A DNA stretch of 64,000 bases from Octopus sinensis (taxonomy: Eukaryota). The translations under genes were made by a program, and so were the position numbers. The stretch's first letter is position 1; each line of letters begins with the position of its first letter. The DNA is taken from NCBI RefSeq assembly GCF_006345805.1, contig NC_043002.1:90396001-90460000 (forward strand). Reading direction: 5' to 3'. Under the pieces are notes generated by a model, which worked only from the letters and a program-made list of their open reading frames with translations, had not been told where the DNA came from and ran no database searches. Of the stretch, positions 40,245-52,040 are shown piece after piece.

Positions 40245-40835
40245 GTCATCGTCATCATCATCATCATCATTATTGTTTAATGTCCGTTTTCCATGCTAGC
40301 ATGGGTTGGACAGTTTGACTGAGGTCTGTAAAGCCAGCGGCTGCACCAGGCTCCAATCTGATCTGGGAATGTTTCTGCGGCTGGATGATCTTCCTAAAAC
40401 CAACCACTCTTAGAGTGTAGTAGGTGCTTTTTATGTGTCACAGCACAGGATGCAGCCAGGGGGCCCTGGCATCGATCATGTTCAGTTAGTGCTTTTTACA
40501 TGCCGCTGGCACGAGAGCCAGTCAGAGGGCACTGGCATCAATCACGTTTGGATGGTGCTACTTTTTATGTGTCACTGGCACAGGAGCTAGTCAGGGGGCA
40601 CTGGTATCTACTTCGTTTGGATGGTGCTTTTTATGTGCCAATGGCACAGGAGCTAGTCAGAGGGCACTGGCATCTACCTCGTTTGGATGGTGCTTTTTAT
40701 GTACCACTGGCACTGAAGCCAGTTGGAGGTCACTGGCATCGATCACGTTTGGATGGTGCTTTTTTACATGCCACCGGTACAGGAGCCACTCAGGGGTCAC
40801 TAAGCATCGGCCACATTCGGATAGTGCTTTTTATG
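40245..40835 (-). mobile_element. RTE-type 3'UTR with six diverged ~66-bp hairpin repeats
   Basis: Units start near 40423, 40490, 40554, 40623, 40688 and 40755, each GGTGCTTTT-ATGTGCCACTGGCAC...GCCAGT-loop-ACTGGC. Confidence 0.9.
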
Positions 40836-41119
40836 AATTCAAAGAACAAACAATTAAAAAACAGAAGAAAAAAGAATAAAACAAATGTGAGAATGTGCAC
40901 AAGAAATATATTAATTTAATGGTTGGTGAAAGGAGAGCGGTGTTAATGTTTTGAACACAGCTCTTCATCAGAAAGAGAAAAATCCAAAGAGAAAGAAGGA
41001 AAATCCAGTGCAGTTACATTTCCAAAGTGTGTGTGTGTGTGCGTGTTTATATATATATATATACTGTAGCAGATCTACCCACTACAGAATTAATATCCTA
41101 AAACCAAGGTGCAATGTTG

Positions 41120-41370
41120 AAAGCATTAGTGCTGGTGCCACATAGAAAGCATTGATGATGGTGCCATGTAAATGCACTGGTGATGGTGTGATATAAAAAG
41201 CATCTGTTATACTCTCTACTGTGGTTGGTGTTAGGAAGGGCATCCAAATGTAGAAATCAAGCAAAAACAGACTATGAAGCCTGGTGTGGGCCTTGGCTTT
41301 GCCAGTTTCTGTCAAAGCATCCAACCCAGACCAGCATGGAAAGCAGCCATTAAATGATGATGATGATGAT
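41120..41370 (+). mobile_element. RTE-type 3'UTR fragment, 27-bp unit subfamily
   Basis: GTGCTGGTGCCACATAGAAAGC units, GGTGTTAGGAAGGGCATCC, (GAT)n tail. Confidence 0.78.
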
Positions 41371-41397
41371 AAAAAGGATTACATACACACACACACA

Positions 41398-41454
<57 letters not shown>

Positions 41455-43513
41455 CATATATACATATATATTTATATATGTGATTATTAGTATATGTATC
41501 TATATTCATATGTATCTAAATATGTGTACATATATATACATCTATGTATCTTTGTATGTATGTATGTATGTATGTATGTATGCATGTATGTCTTCATCAT
41601 CACTTAATATCTGTTTTTCATTCTGACCTGTTTTGGACAGTTTGACAGCATCTGATTCAACAGATGGCATCATCCATGGTTTCTACAGCTGGATGCCCTT
41701 CCTAGTGCCAATCATTTTTTTGTGAGCTCACCAAGTAATTTACATGACAATACAAGAAAAACACAAAAGGACTCTCAGCTTATATATAAAACTGTGCGTC
41801 CATAGACACAAGACTTGACTCCAAATAAAATGTTGTGTGTGTGTGTGTATGTGTGTGTGTGTGTGTGTAACCTCAATATGACTTGTGCCTAAGCAACACC
41901 ATATCACCATCGGTTGCCACTTCAGCTCACCTGCATACACTACTACCCTTCTCTTATTAAAGATTTGTCGATCCCCTTCTCTTAGTCTGTTGTGTTATTT
42001 CCCTTCACAGACCACCCCCCACCTACTTCTTGCTACCTCAAAGAGCATGTCATCTATTTTGGCTACTCCTCCCCTTTTGTCTATGACTAACACAGACATG
42101 TTCACATAACTGTACCCTCTCGCACCATACAGCGGTATAGCATGTCACACTCACACACATATATCTCACAGATCACATACACCATCCTATACATTCATAT
42201 ATCCACATACCACTCACGTATAGGCATGTGGGCAGAATTACTAAGCTCACATGCACATGTGCATACAGACACACACTGGTACATACACCATCTCATTTTA
42301 CATTAACAAACACTGCTCCAACCTTTTACCTCTACACATATTTCTCCACAGCATATCACACCACACACATGCATCAAACATAGGTTTCGCATATTTACCA
42401 CACACTGTTTCTATACATCCATACCACCACATAAATCATTACCTCAAGCATATGCACGAGTAAAATCACTAGATAGTGTTTGTGTGTGTATGTTATGTGT
42501 TCATGTCTATGTATGCATGTTGTTTGTATTTGTGTGTGTGTATTTACTTTCTTAGCTGGATGTATTAGATTGCTCAAATGGCTGGTGCCCACCTAGATAC
42601 ATAAACGTTTCCTTGACACATATTAGATACTATTTAACATTTACACAAATGAAAACATTGCACATTTAACTACACTTCACTTGATATATGTGCACGCTTA
42701 CTCACACACACACACACACGCACATACACATGCACACACATACACACTAGTGTCATAAGCATCCCATCTCTCTTTCACTTTCTCTTTCCCTCCACTGCTA
42801 CTATTCTCTCCCTCCCTCGTTCTTTCTCTCTTTCTCTTTCTCTTTGCTCTCCCCTTTGCTGTCTATCTCTCTCTTCACATGCTGTCTTTCTTTCTTGTGT
42901 GCTCTCCCATCCTCTTTCCATTTATTCTCACTGTGGCCCAAGTTCTGGTGTTGCCACTTCTGGTCCTTCTTTCTCATTCCCCAACTTCCACTTTACACTA
43001 AGCCTATCATGTAAACAGTCATCGTAAATTCAGTATTACATGTTTTACTTTTCTCTTGATCTCTTATTCCTTTACCTTCTCTTTGATAATGGATATCACA
43101 CAAAATGTTAGATTCACCTGTTTCTTCCATTGGCATATTTATTTTCATTGTTAACTTTTCATTGTTGTTTTTCTTCATTTTTATATGTTTGGTTTTTTGT
43201 TTGTCTGATTCCATATAATTTTCTTTGTTTATTTACTCCTTGTCTCAATCTCTTTCAATTTATGAGTGAGATTTTTATCTATCTTTTTATCCATCCATCC
43301 ATCCATTCATCCATTCATGTCCCCATCCTTTCATCCTGCCACCATGTATCTCTCCATCTATCTATATACATATATGAATATATATTTATACACACACATA
43401 TATCTACACATATATCTATTCATATGAGTGTGTGCATGTGTGTATGTATGTATGTATGTATGTATGTATGTATGTATGTATGTATGTATGTGAGTGTGTG
43501 TGTGTGTGTATGA

Positions 43514-43569
<56 letters not shown>

Positions 43570-43644
43570 CCTGGCCGGCTCCTGTCAACTGTCCTACACA
43601 TGCATGGAAGATAGAGTTAAACAATGATGGTGATGATGATGATG

Positions 43645-43686
<42 letters not shown>

Positions 43687-43977
43687 ACTCCATGTATAAA
43701 AACATCTATAAACAATAGAAAGACGAACTCAATACATGTTATGTATTTCATTCGTTTGACTAAAGCTACACTGTATTCCTATTTCCTGCATATTCCTCAT
43801 GGCACAATTTTAGTATATTGCATGCATGTGTCCTCTGTATGTGTGCATGCATACATGTGCATAACTATACACACACACACATACATACGATTTTAAAGAA
43901 AGATAAACATAAAAAGAACAGAAGGAAATAGAAAGCAAACACGGCTGTGTTTAAAATATGGTTCAGTTTTGCTACAG

Positions 43978-44133
43978 TATCAGAGCTGATTACTAACAAG
44001 ACTTTGTTTGTTGTGCTTTTAAATATTAGTGGTTTTATGATTTGTGTACATAGATGTGCGTCAGATTTGCTGATAGAGACTCAAATTGAAAGCATTTCAG
44101 ATACAATGCAAATTTCCTCCCTTCCTCTGATTG
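43978..44133 (+). CDS. Candidate exon (SELITNKTLFVVLLNISGFMICVHRCASDLLIETQIESISDTMQISSLPLI)
   Basis: Acceptor cagttttgctacag, 51 open codons, weak donor G|GTTGAT; phase-compatible with 44586-44728. Confidence 0.3.
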
Positions 44134-44423
44134 GTTGATAGTGTAGACTCATTTATTTTGCCTCTTTTATATAGAATTTTATCATATCTAGTGTTTAATA
44201 TGTCAGCATTTTGTTTTTAAAAAAAAGACCAGCCAACTTGTGATTACGGGTACAAATGAGAGAAAAAAATAATTTAGTATTTTAGTGTTTTTGCATATGA
44301 AATCTGTAACACATATCTGTGTGTATGTGTGCTTGTATGTATGTGTGTGTATATGTATATATACATGTGTACATTATATGTCTGTGTGTATACATATATA
44401 TATGTATATATGTGTGTATATGC

Positions 44424-44497
<74 letters not shown>

Positions 44498-44585
44498 TTG
44501 TGTGTATGTGCATATATTTTTGTGTTTTATGTATATATATATGTGTTTGTGTTTTTCATAAATTTCCTGTCGATATTCCAAAAAG

Positions 44586-44728
44586 TATACAACTGTCTTA
44601 TCTCAAAAGATAGAATCAGATCCGATGCTATCAAATACATTTGTATATTTGCGAGTCCCACTAATTCTCTTGTTTCCAATGACCTGAATATATTTTATGT
44701 CTATATATTGTTTTATCTCACTGCCAGA
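44586..44728 (+). CDS. Candidate exon (YNCLISKDRIRSDAIKYICIFASPTNSLVSNDLNIFYVYILFYLTAR)
   Basis: 47 open codons, donor AGA|GTAAAA, weak acceptor. Confidence 0.27.
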
Positions 44729-45078
44729 GTAAAACAGAATACTGAAGGAATTTCCTCAAGGCCTTTGTTAATCTTATGTATAAACTGTTGATCCTTTAGT
44801 ACTACTGTTACTGATGGTGATGATGAAATATCATTTGCATAGTATATCTGCTCAACTGATATTTTCTATCATATCACTGTGGCTTAGATGCATACTTGTT
44901 TTCTTTCTCTGGTTTTAGTCATATATCTGTTCTAAATAGTAGATGTTTCCTGCTCAAAGAGGCTGAAAATATCTAAATTACAAGAGTGTGGACAATGTTT
45001 GATTTTATTGGTATTAATTATACTATAGAATGTATCAATACAATTCACCAATATTGTTCATTCCAACAAATGCTAATA

Positions 45079-45111
<33 letters not shown>

Positions 45112-45333
45112 AAATGGAAATAGATAAAGTTGACAATGCGTAAAGAATATTTACGAAGATTTATGATACAGTTTGCAGCACAACTCCACATTCCTCAAAA
45201 CCTACAGTTTTGAAAATCATACAAATGTGAAACTGGTTAAGTGGATTCATTTTAATGTAAATAAATCTTCATATCTGTGCATTTTCAACTTCATTTATTT
45301 TTTCTATACTACTACCTGAAAGGGTAGTAATAA

Positions 45334-45726
45334 TCTTTATATATAAAAGTGAAGTTGTGTGTCTGTCTCCTACGATTTAGATTCCTAACTACTCCCACAT
45401 TTTGCGGTGCAGTGTAACCAAAAGTGGGTATCTTATAGTCGTGATTCACATCGAGCCCTTCTGGGTATTAGCACGGGTCTATGATGAGTCTACGATTTCA
45501 AAAAAAATTACTATCATTTTTTCATATTTTTAATGCATTTTTTGCTATTATATAAGGGAAGTAACTCTCTAAAAATGTATTATTAAATCTCAGAACGTAA
45601 AAAGCTACAGTAACACCTCCCTTTGTGGTTAGCCATATTGAGATGGCTATTATACTTTACAACTCCAAAAATGCTTATATAGTTATTTCCCTTACAAACC
45701 CGAGCAACGCCGGGCGATACTGCTAG
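45334..45726 (+). mobile_element. Non-autonomous Helitron (same family as 28212-28609)
   Basis: A|TCTTTATATATAAAAGTG...CCCGAGCAACGCCGGG (45699-45714)...CTAG|T. Confidence 0.92.
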
Positions 45727-45763
45727 TTATATATAAGTATGTATGTATGTTTATGTATGTTTA

Positions 45764-45794
<31 letters not shown>

Positions 45795-46318
45795 GTATAA
45801 ATAAAATTTATAATTCAAGGACGTGAAATGAACAGGCTTTAATTCAAATTACAACAATTGCTTCTGTGCATTAGCATCAGCTGTTACTTGCTGAGTGTTT
45901 CATATATGCACCTTATTATATAAATCCAGCAATAGCCATGCACTCACCTGATGATGTGCAGGTACACAGCTATTGATGAATTATGTTTATATAATACTTA
46001 TATCATAAAATCTATAATATGAAAACTCAGCAATGAACATCTGATGCTAATGCACAGAAGCAATTTCTGAAAGTTGGATTAAAGCCTGTTCATTTCATCT
46101 TCTTGTATTATTAAATCTTTTGCTGGAATTTTGTGACTACTAGTGGATTTCCTCATGTATACCAAATAAAAGGGGTATTCCTAATGTATGATGGCATATG
46201 GTAGCCGATAACTGTAGAAGAGCTCTGGAAATGCATGCTATATGATTATTACTCAGATGATATATATATAAGCATTAATAAATCTCTGAACGAGATATAA
46301 ACAGTAACCGCTCGACAA

Positions 46319-46411
46319 CGTAAAGTGTACTAGCCATCTGAATGTGGCTAGCATTAGTAATACCCCACCCCCTAGTGGCTAGCCACATTCAGATGGCTAG
46401 TACACTTTACG
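46319..46411. repeat. Perfect 34-bp inverted repeat with 25-bp spacer
   Basis: CGTAAAGTGTACTAGCCATCTGAATGTGGCTAGC (46319-46352) and GCTAGCCACATTCAGATGGCTAGTACACTTTACG (46378-46411). Confidence 0.95.
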
Positions 46412-46758
46412 ATATATATATATATATATATATACATATATAATCAAAATAAGCTACAAGAATATCTTCGGTAATTTGGTATGATCATTTCACGCTACAT
46501 CATTTTATTAAACATTGTAAGTATTACAACAGTTTTAAAATGTTGAGCAATCATCAGCCATTTATAGAGGTTTTCCATCAATACATATACTTATTTTCAA
46601 GTTAACTGATAACATTATAAAGAAGGTACACACATTTTTTTTCTCTCCTTGTTTTTTCAGTGGCCCTTTCTGTAGAAGAGCACAGGCTCGAAACGTAAAA
46701 GACTTTTTCAATTCCTGAGTATTATACTAATACATCTGTTTGTTTTGTACACCACCTG

Positions 46759-46814
<56 letters not shown>

Positions 46815-46851
46815 ATATATGTGGGTGTGTGTATATATATATATATATATA

Positions 46852-47096
46852 CTAGCAGAGATACCCGGCCTTGCTTGGGATTAAAATGGCATAGTTTTTG
46901 TATTGTTCTACTTGTTTCAGTCATGTGGCTGTGGCCATACTTGGGCACCAATGTTGGTCGAACAAATTGACTGCAGGATTTATTCTTTGTAAAATTATTC
47001 TATCAGTGTCTTTTGCCAAACCACTAAGTTATGGGAATATAAACACAACATCGGTTGTCAAGCAATGGTGGGGCACAAACACACACACACACACAA

Positions 47097-47130
<34 letters not shown>

Positions 47131-47628
47131 GACAGTCTTCTTCCAGTTTCCATGTACAAAATCCACTCAGAAGGCTTTCGTCAACCATGAAATGTTATCT
47201 CATAAAAGAGTATGTAAATGTTTGTAAAGTGGACCACGAGTGCATTTAGATTCTGTCCAGTTGGACATAAGTTGTTGAATGGGAAACAACTATACACCAT
47301 ACAGGGTATATGCAAAAAAAGAAGTGTCAATTTGCATTGTTCAATGACAGAATGATTAAGTTATTTACTTGGAGGAAAATGTGTGAATCTGATTTGAATC
47401 ACAAACAGATAGCTGTTATTTGGTAGCAATGCGTGCTAAAAATAGCAGCCAAATCTTTCATTATCTGTAGAAAGGGGCCGTTTATGTGGTGGGGGCCTCA
47501 GAATTTTGGACATTCCACGGACCATATGCAATGTATGTGTAAAATTTGAATGAAGTCAGTTATGTAATTCTTGAGTTTTAGGGATTCTCACAGACACACA
47601 CACATTCTCATCTTAATATATATATAGA
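46852..47628 (-). mobile_element. Possible Helitron interrupted by a family A SINE (~46907-47180)
   Basis: CTAG plus CCCGGCCTTGCTTGGG hairpin at the left end; ACAGACACACACACATTCTCATCTTAATATATATATAGA|T at the right end. Joining the two ends is inference. Confidence 0.5.
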
Positions 47629-47663
47629 TATACATCGTATATCATATGTATATATATATATAC

Positions 47664-47705
<42 letters not shown>

Positions 47706-48214
47706 CATACAGCACTTGATGATATAAATATATATCTGGTATGTTACTTATATTGGGTATGCTTCTATTTCTCACTTATGGACAACAAACTGATGAAATA
47801 TAAGCATACTCAATATAAGTAACAGAACAAAACATCAAAGTTTACAACTGAGATCAATATTTATAAATATTATTTGGCCAATATCAACAATGTTTCGTGT
47901 AATGAATGTTAACCTGCTGCATCAATTCTTATATAGCTCAATAATAACTCAATCCTACATGTATATATATATATATTATATATATATGTGTATGTATGTA
48001 TGTATGTATGTATGTATTTATGTATGTATGTATGTATGTATGTATGTATGTATGTATGTATGTATGTATTTTAATAAATTTTTATTTTATATTTAATTCA
48101 AAATACATGAGTTGATATGATCATATTGAATATCATTTTTTTAAAGATATGTATTTGTGAAAAACGTTATATATTATTTGCAAGGGGACTCCTTCATCGA
48201 AGACCGGTGCTTAC

Positions 48215-48259
48215 CATGTGTTGACGAGAGGCAATTACCTTGAAACTATAGTCCATATG
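48215..48259 (+). ncRNA. Type I hammerhead ribozyme motif (minimal helix III, dimer type)
   Basis: Helix I CATGTG/CATATG; core TTGACGA (C3U); helix II GAGG-CAATTA-CCTT; GAAA; palindromic helix III ACTATAGT; GTC cleavage triplet at 48251-48253. Confidence 0.78.
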
Positions 48260-49160
48260 TAGTACTTAGGTCTTCGAGGGAGGATGACCTCCCTTTGCAA
48301 ATAACACAAGGGCACTGAGATAGTGTCTAAAGTCCATCTGGTGACGTTGATCGCCTGGGGCTAAAAGCATCAGTAACACCCCACCCCCAGTGGCTAGCCA
48401 CATTCAGATGGCTAGTACACCTTATGTATTTGTGTTTATTTTAGTTTTATTATTCAGTATAATGAAACAAACACCCAACACACTCAAGCAAGTTAGAAGA
48501 CAGCTTCCAGGAGTGAGACCACCCCTAATCAGTTATCTCAAGTGTGATGGTTGTTAGATACTTGTGGGTCACTTTTATTCCCAGTTTACCATCATAATTT
48601 AATGTCTAGTTTTCTATGCTTGCATGGGTGAGACTGAATTTGTTGTGGTAAATTTATCTATGGCTGGTTGCCTTTCCTGCCAGCAGCCTTTAATCTGTTT
48701 TCAAGCAAAGTAATATTTCCCTGTAGCCAAACATGTTTTCTATCGAAGACTGGAAATGAACAACCTCACTTGTATGATGGTGACACTCATTTACAACCAT
48801 CGAATTATGTTAAGACAAGGGTACAAACAGTCACACACACACACACACATACAAGGAACTTCTTTCAGTTTCGAGTTTCCATCTACCAAATCCTTTCACA
48901 TTCCTTAGGTTGGCCTGATGCTATTGTAGAAGACTCAATGTGGACTGAACCTGGAACCATGTGGTTGGGAAACAAACTGCTTACCATACAGCCACACTTT
49001 TATATATATATATTTCCTTTCTGTTGAAGAGCATAGGTTCGAAATGTAAAAGACTGTCTCACCTTCCCCAGCATTAAACTAATACACTTGTTTGTTGTTT
49101 ATACATGTCTTTGTGTTTTGTTTTTTTTTTTGTAAATTTAAACAATATATATATATATAT

Positions 49161-49370
49161 TTCTTTACTACCCACAAGGGGCTAAACATAGAGGGGACAA
49201 ACAAGGACAGATTACATCGACCCCAGTGCGCAACTGGTGCTTAATTTATTGACCCCAAAAGGATAAAAGGCAAAGTCAACCTCGGCAGAATTTGAACTCA
49301 GAACGCAGCGGCGGACAAAATGCCGCAAAGCATTTCGCCCGGCGTGCTAACGATTCTGCCAGCCCGCCTT
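49161..49370 (-). mobile_element. SINE family B
   Basis: Homologous to 11845-12086. Confidence 0.87.
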
Positions 49371-49634
49371 ATTATATATATATTATATATATATTATACA
49401 AACTATATATATATATATATATATAGCTGTTGCAAACAGGAAAAATAGAACTCAGAATATGAGTATATGCATATTTCTATTAATATTTAACAGAAGAAAC
49501 ATAGTGACGCAAGGACCAAAAGTTTCGTGCATTGGTACTTATCAATGTGATGAGTGCCATCACATGAAACTCTTGCACCTTGTGCCACTCTGTTGCTTCT
49601 GCTAAATATTAATAAAAATATATATATCTGTTAT

Positions 49635-50650
49635 CTGCTACTTGTTTCAGTCATTAAACTGTAGCCAAGCTGGAGCACCACTTTAAAGGGTTTTAGTTAA
49701 AGAAATTGATCCCAGGACTTATTGTTTGTAAGCCTAGTACTTATATCTCTCTTTTACTCTTTTACTTGTTTCAGTCATTTGACTGCGGCCATGCTGGAGC
49801 ACTGCCTTTAGTCGAGCAAATCGACCCCGGGACTTATTCTTTGTAAGCCCAGTACTTATTCTATCGGTCTCTTTTGCCGAACCGCTAAGTGACGGGGACG
49901 TAAACACACCAGCATCGGTTGTCAAGCAATGCTAGGGGGACAAACACAGACACACAAACACGCACACACACATATATATATATACATATATACGACAGGC
50001 TTCTTTCAGTTTCCGTCTACCAAATCCACTCACAAGGCATTGGTTGGCCCGGGGCTATAGCAGAAGACACTTGCCCAAGATGCCACGCAGTGGGATTGAA
50101 CCCGGAACCATGTGGCTGGTTAACAAGCTACTTACCACACAGCCACTCCTGCGCCTATATATATATAAGTTGGTCTCTTTTGCTGAACTTCTAAGTTACG
50201 AGTATGTAAACACACCAACATCTGTTTTCAAGTGATGGTGGAGGACAGACAGACACAAACAAACACATAGGTACATATACATATATATATGACAGTCTTC
50301 TTTCAGTTTCTGTCTACCAAATCCACTCAGAAGGCTTTGGTCAGCCCGAGACTATAGTAGAAGAGACTTGCCCAAGGTGCCACACAGTGGATCTGAACCC
50401 AGATGCATGTGGCTGGGAAGCAAGCTTTTTACCACACAACCATGCCTGTGGCTATAAGATGTTAAATGCTGATGATGATGATAATGCATGATAGGCTTCT
50501 TTCAGTGTCTATCTATCAAATCTACTCACACATCTTTGGTCGGCCTCAGGTTGTACTAGAAGACACTTGTCTAAGGTGTCATGCAACAGAACTGAACCAA
50601 TGATTGAAAGACTGAGAAGCAGGCTTCTTAACCACATAGCCATGCATCTA
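49635..50650 (-). mobile_element. Stack of family A SINEs, including a young copy (49749-50155) nested in an older one
   Basis: The older copy breaks at GCCTAGTACTTAT (~49744) and resumes at TTGGTCTCTTTTGCTG (~50169); a further head fragment lies at 50490-50645. Confidence 0.85.
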
Positions 50651-50981
50651 TTTAATTTAGGTTGTTGTAATTATAATAACAAACTACATATATACTTTTG
50701 GGGAGTGGGGCAGTCGATTAGATCGACCCCAGTATGCAACTGGTACTTAATTTATCAACTTTGAAAGGATGAAAGGCAAAGTTGACCTCAGCGGAATTTG
50801 AGCTCAAAATGTAAAGACAGATGAAAAACTATACATATAGTGATTAGAATGTGCTTCCAATATATACTTCTAGTGGACCATATGAAGGAGATGATAAAAA
50901 AATGAGACAAATAGCAAGTTGCTGTGGTTGCTGTGCTGCAACAGACTTGGCCAACTCCTGAAAACAAAAATATGAATATGT

Positions 50982-51435
50982 AGGAGAGGCTGTGTGGTAA
51001 GTAGCTTGCTTACCAACTACATGGTCATCGGTTCAGTCCTACTTAATGACACCTTGGGCAAGTGTCTTCTACTATAGCCTCGGGCCAATCAAAGCCTTGT
51101 GAGTGGATTTGGTTGACGGAAACTGGAAGAAGCCTGTCGTATATGTATGTATATGTATATGTATATATATATGTATATATATGTATATGTATATATATAT
51201 GTATATGTACATATATGTATGTATGTGTATGTGTGTATATGTTTGTATGTCAGTGTTTGTCCTGACAACCGATGCTGGTGTGTTTACGGCCCCCGTAACT
51301 TAGCAGTTTGGCAAAAGAGATCAATAGAATAAGTACTAGGCTTACACAGAATAAGCTCCAGGATTGATTTGCTCGACTAAAGGTGGTGCTCCAGCATGGC
51401 TGCAGTCAAATGACTGAAACAAGTAAATGAGAGTA
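50982..51435 (+). mobile_element. SINE family A
   Basis: Full head, microsatellite and tail. Confidence 0.9.
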
Positions 51436-52009
51436 AATAAATGAGAGATATGTTAGTGATAATGATGGCGAAGATAATGATGTTGATAATGGTAACTGTC
51501 ATTAAATGCTTTATGCTTTCAGCACAATTCATAAAACTTACTGTGAGGACATTTCATCAAATGATGTTCAAATTTGTCTCATAGTAATGTTCAGCATGTT
51601 CTATGAAGGTTTGGCTGGAGGGCAAAGCAATCTCCCTTTAGACCATTGGTCAAGCTACAACAGAAACAACTGAAAAGTATGTACCCCCCTCCCTATCACC
51701 ACTTGACAACCAGAGTTGGTGTGTTTATGTTCCCATAACTTAGCAGTTTGGTAAAAAGAGACCAATAGAACAAGCACTTGGCTTTAAAAAAAAATAAAGT
51801 CCTGGGGTCGATTTGTTTGACTAAAACCCTTCAAGGTGGTGCTCCAGTCCAGCCACAGTCAAGTGACTGAAACAAGTAAAAGAGTAAAGAAAAAAAGAAT
51901 AAAGAAAATGAAAGAGAAAGAATGTGACTGAAAGCAAGATATTTGGTGAGACAGCACCATCCCAGTGAAGTCACACTGTTAAGGACTTGATACTGTTACA
52001 AGAATACAT

Positions 52010-52039
<30 letters not shown>

Positions 52040-52040
<1 letters not shown>

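Noticed and set aside
32456-40835. CRISPR array
   Set aside because: The units are tandem homologs inside a eukaryotic LINE 3'UTR, with no unique spacers and no cas genes.
46665-49130. Hammerhead in the short repeat T(T/A)GAAGAGCA(C/T)AGG(C/T)TCGAAA(C/T)GTA (46669, 49015; related tail at ~16340-16440)
   Set aside because: It is Penelope-tail-like and has a partial core, but helix I does not pair and the copies are degenerate.
9446-49472. Short shared motif AAA(A/G)TAGAACTCA(A/G)AATATGAGTAT at ~9449 and ~49442
   Set aside because: About 30 bp, AT-rich, only two copies; too little to define an element.
9722-50235. Recurrent ORFs such as MPKMPRSGTEPGTMWLVSKLLTTQPLL and YQIHSQGIGRP
   Set aside because: Antisense read-through of the SINE family A head; they recur wherever the SINE does.
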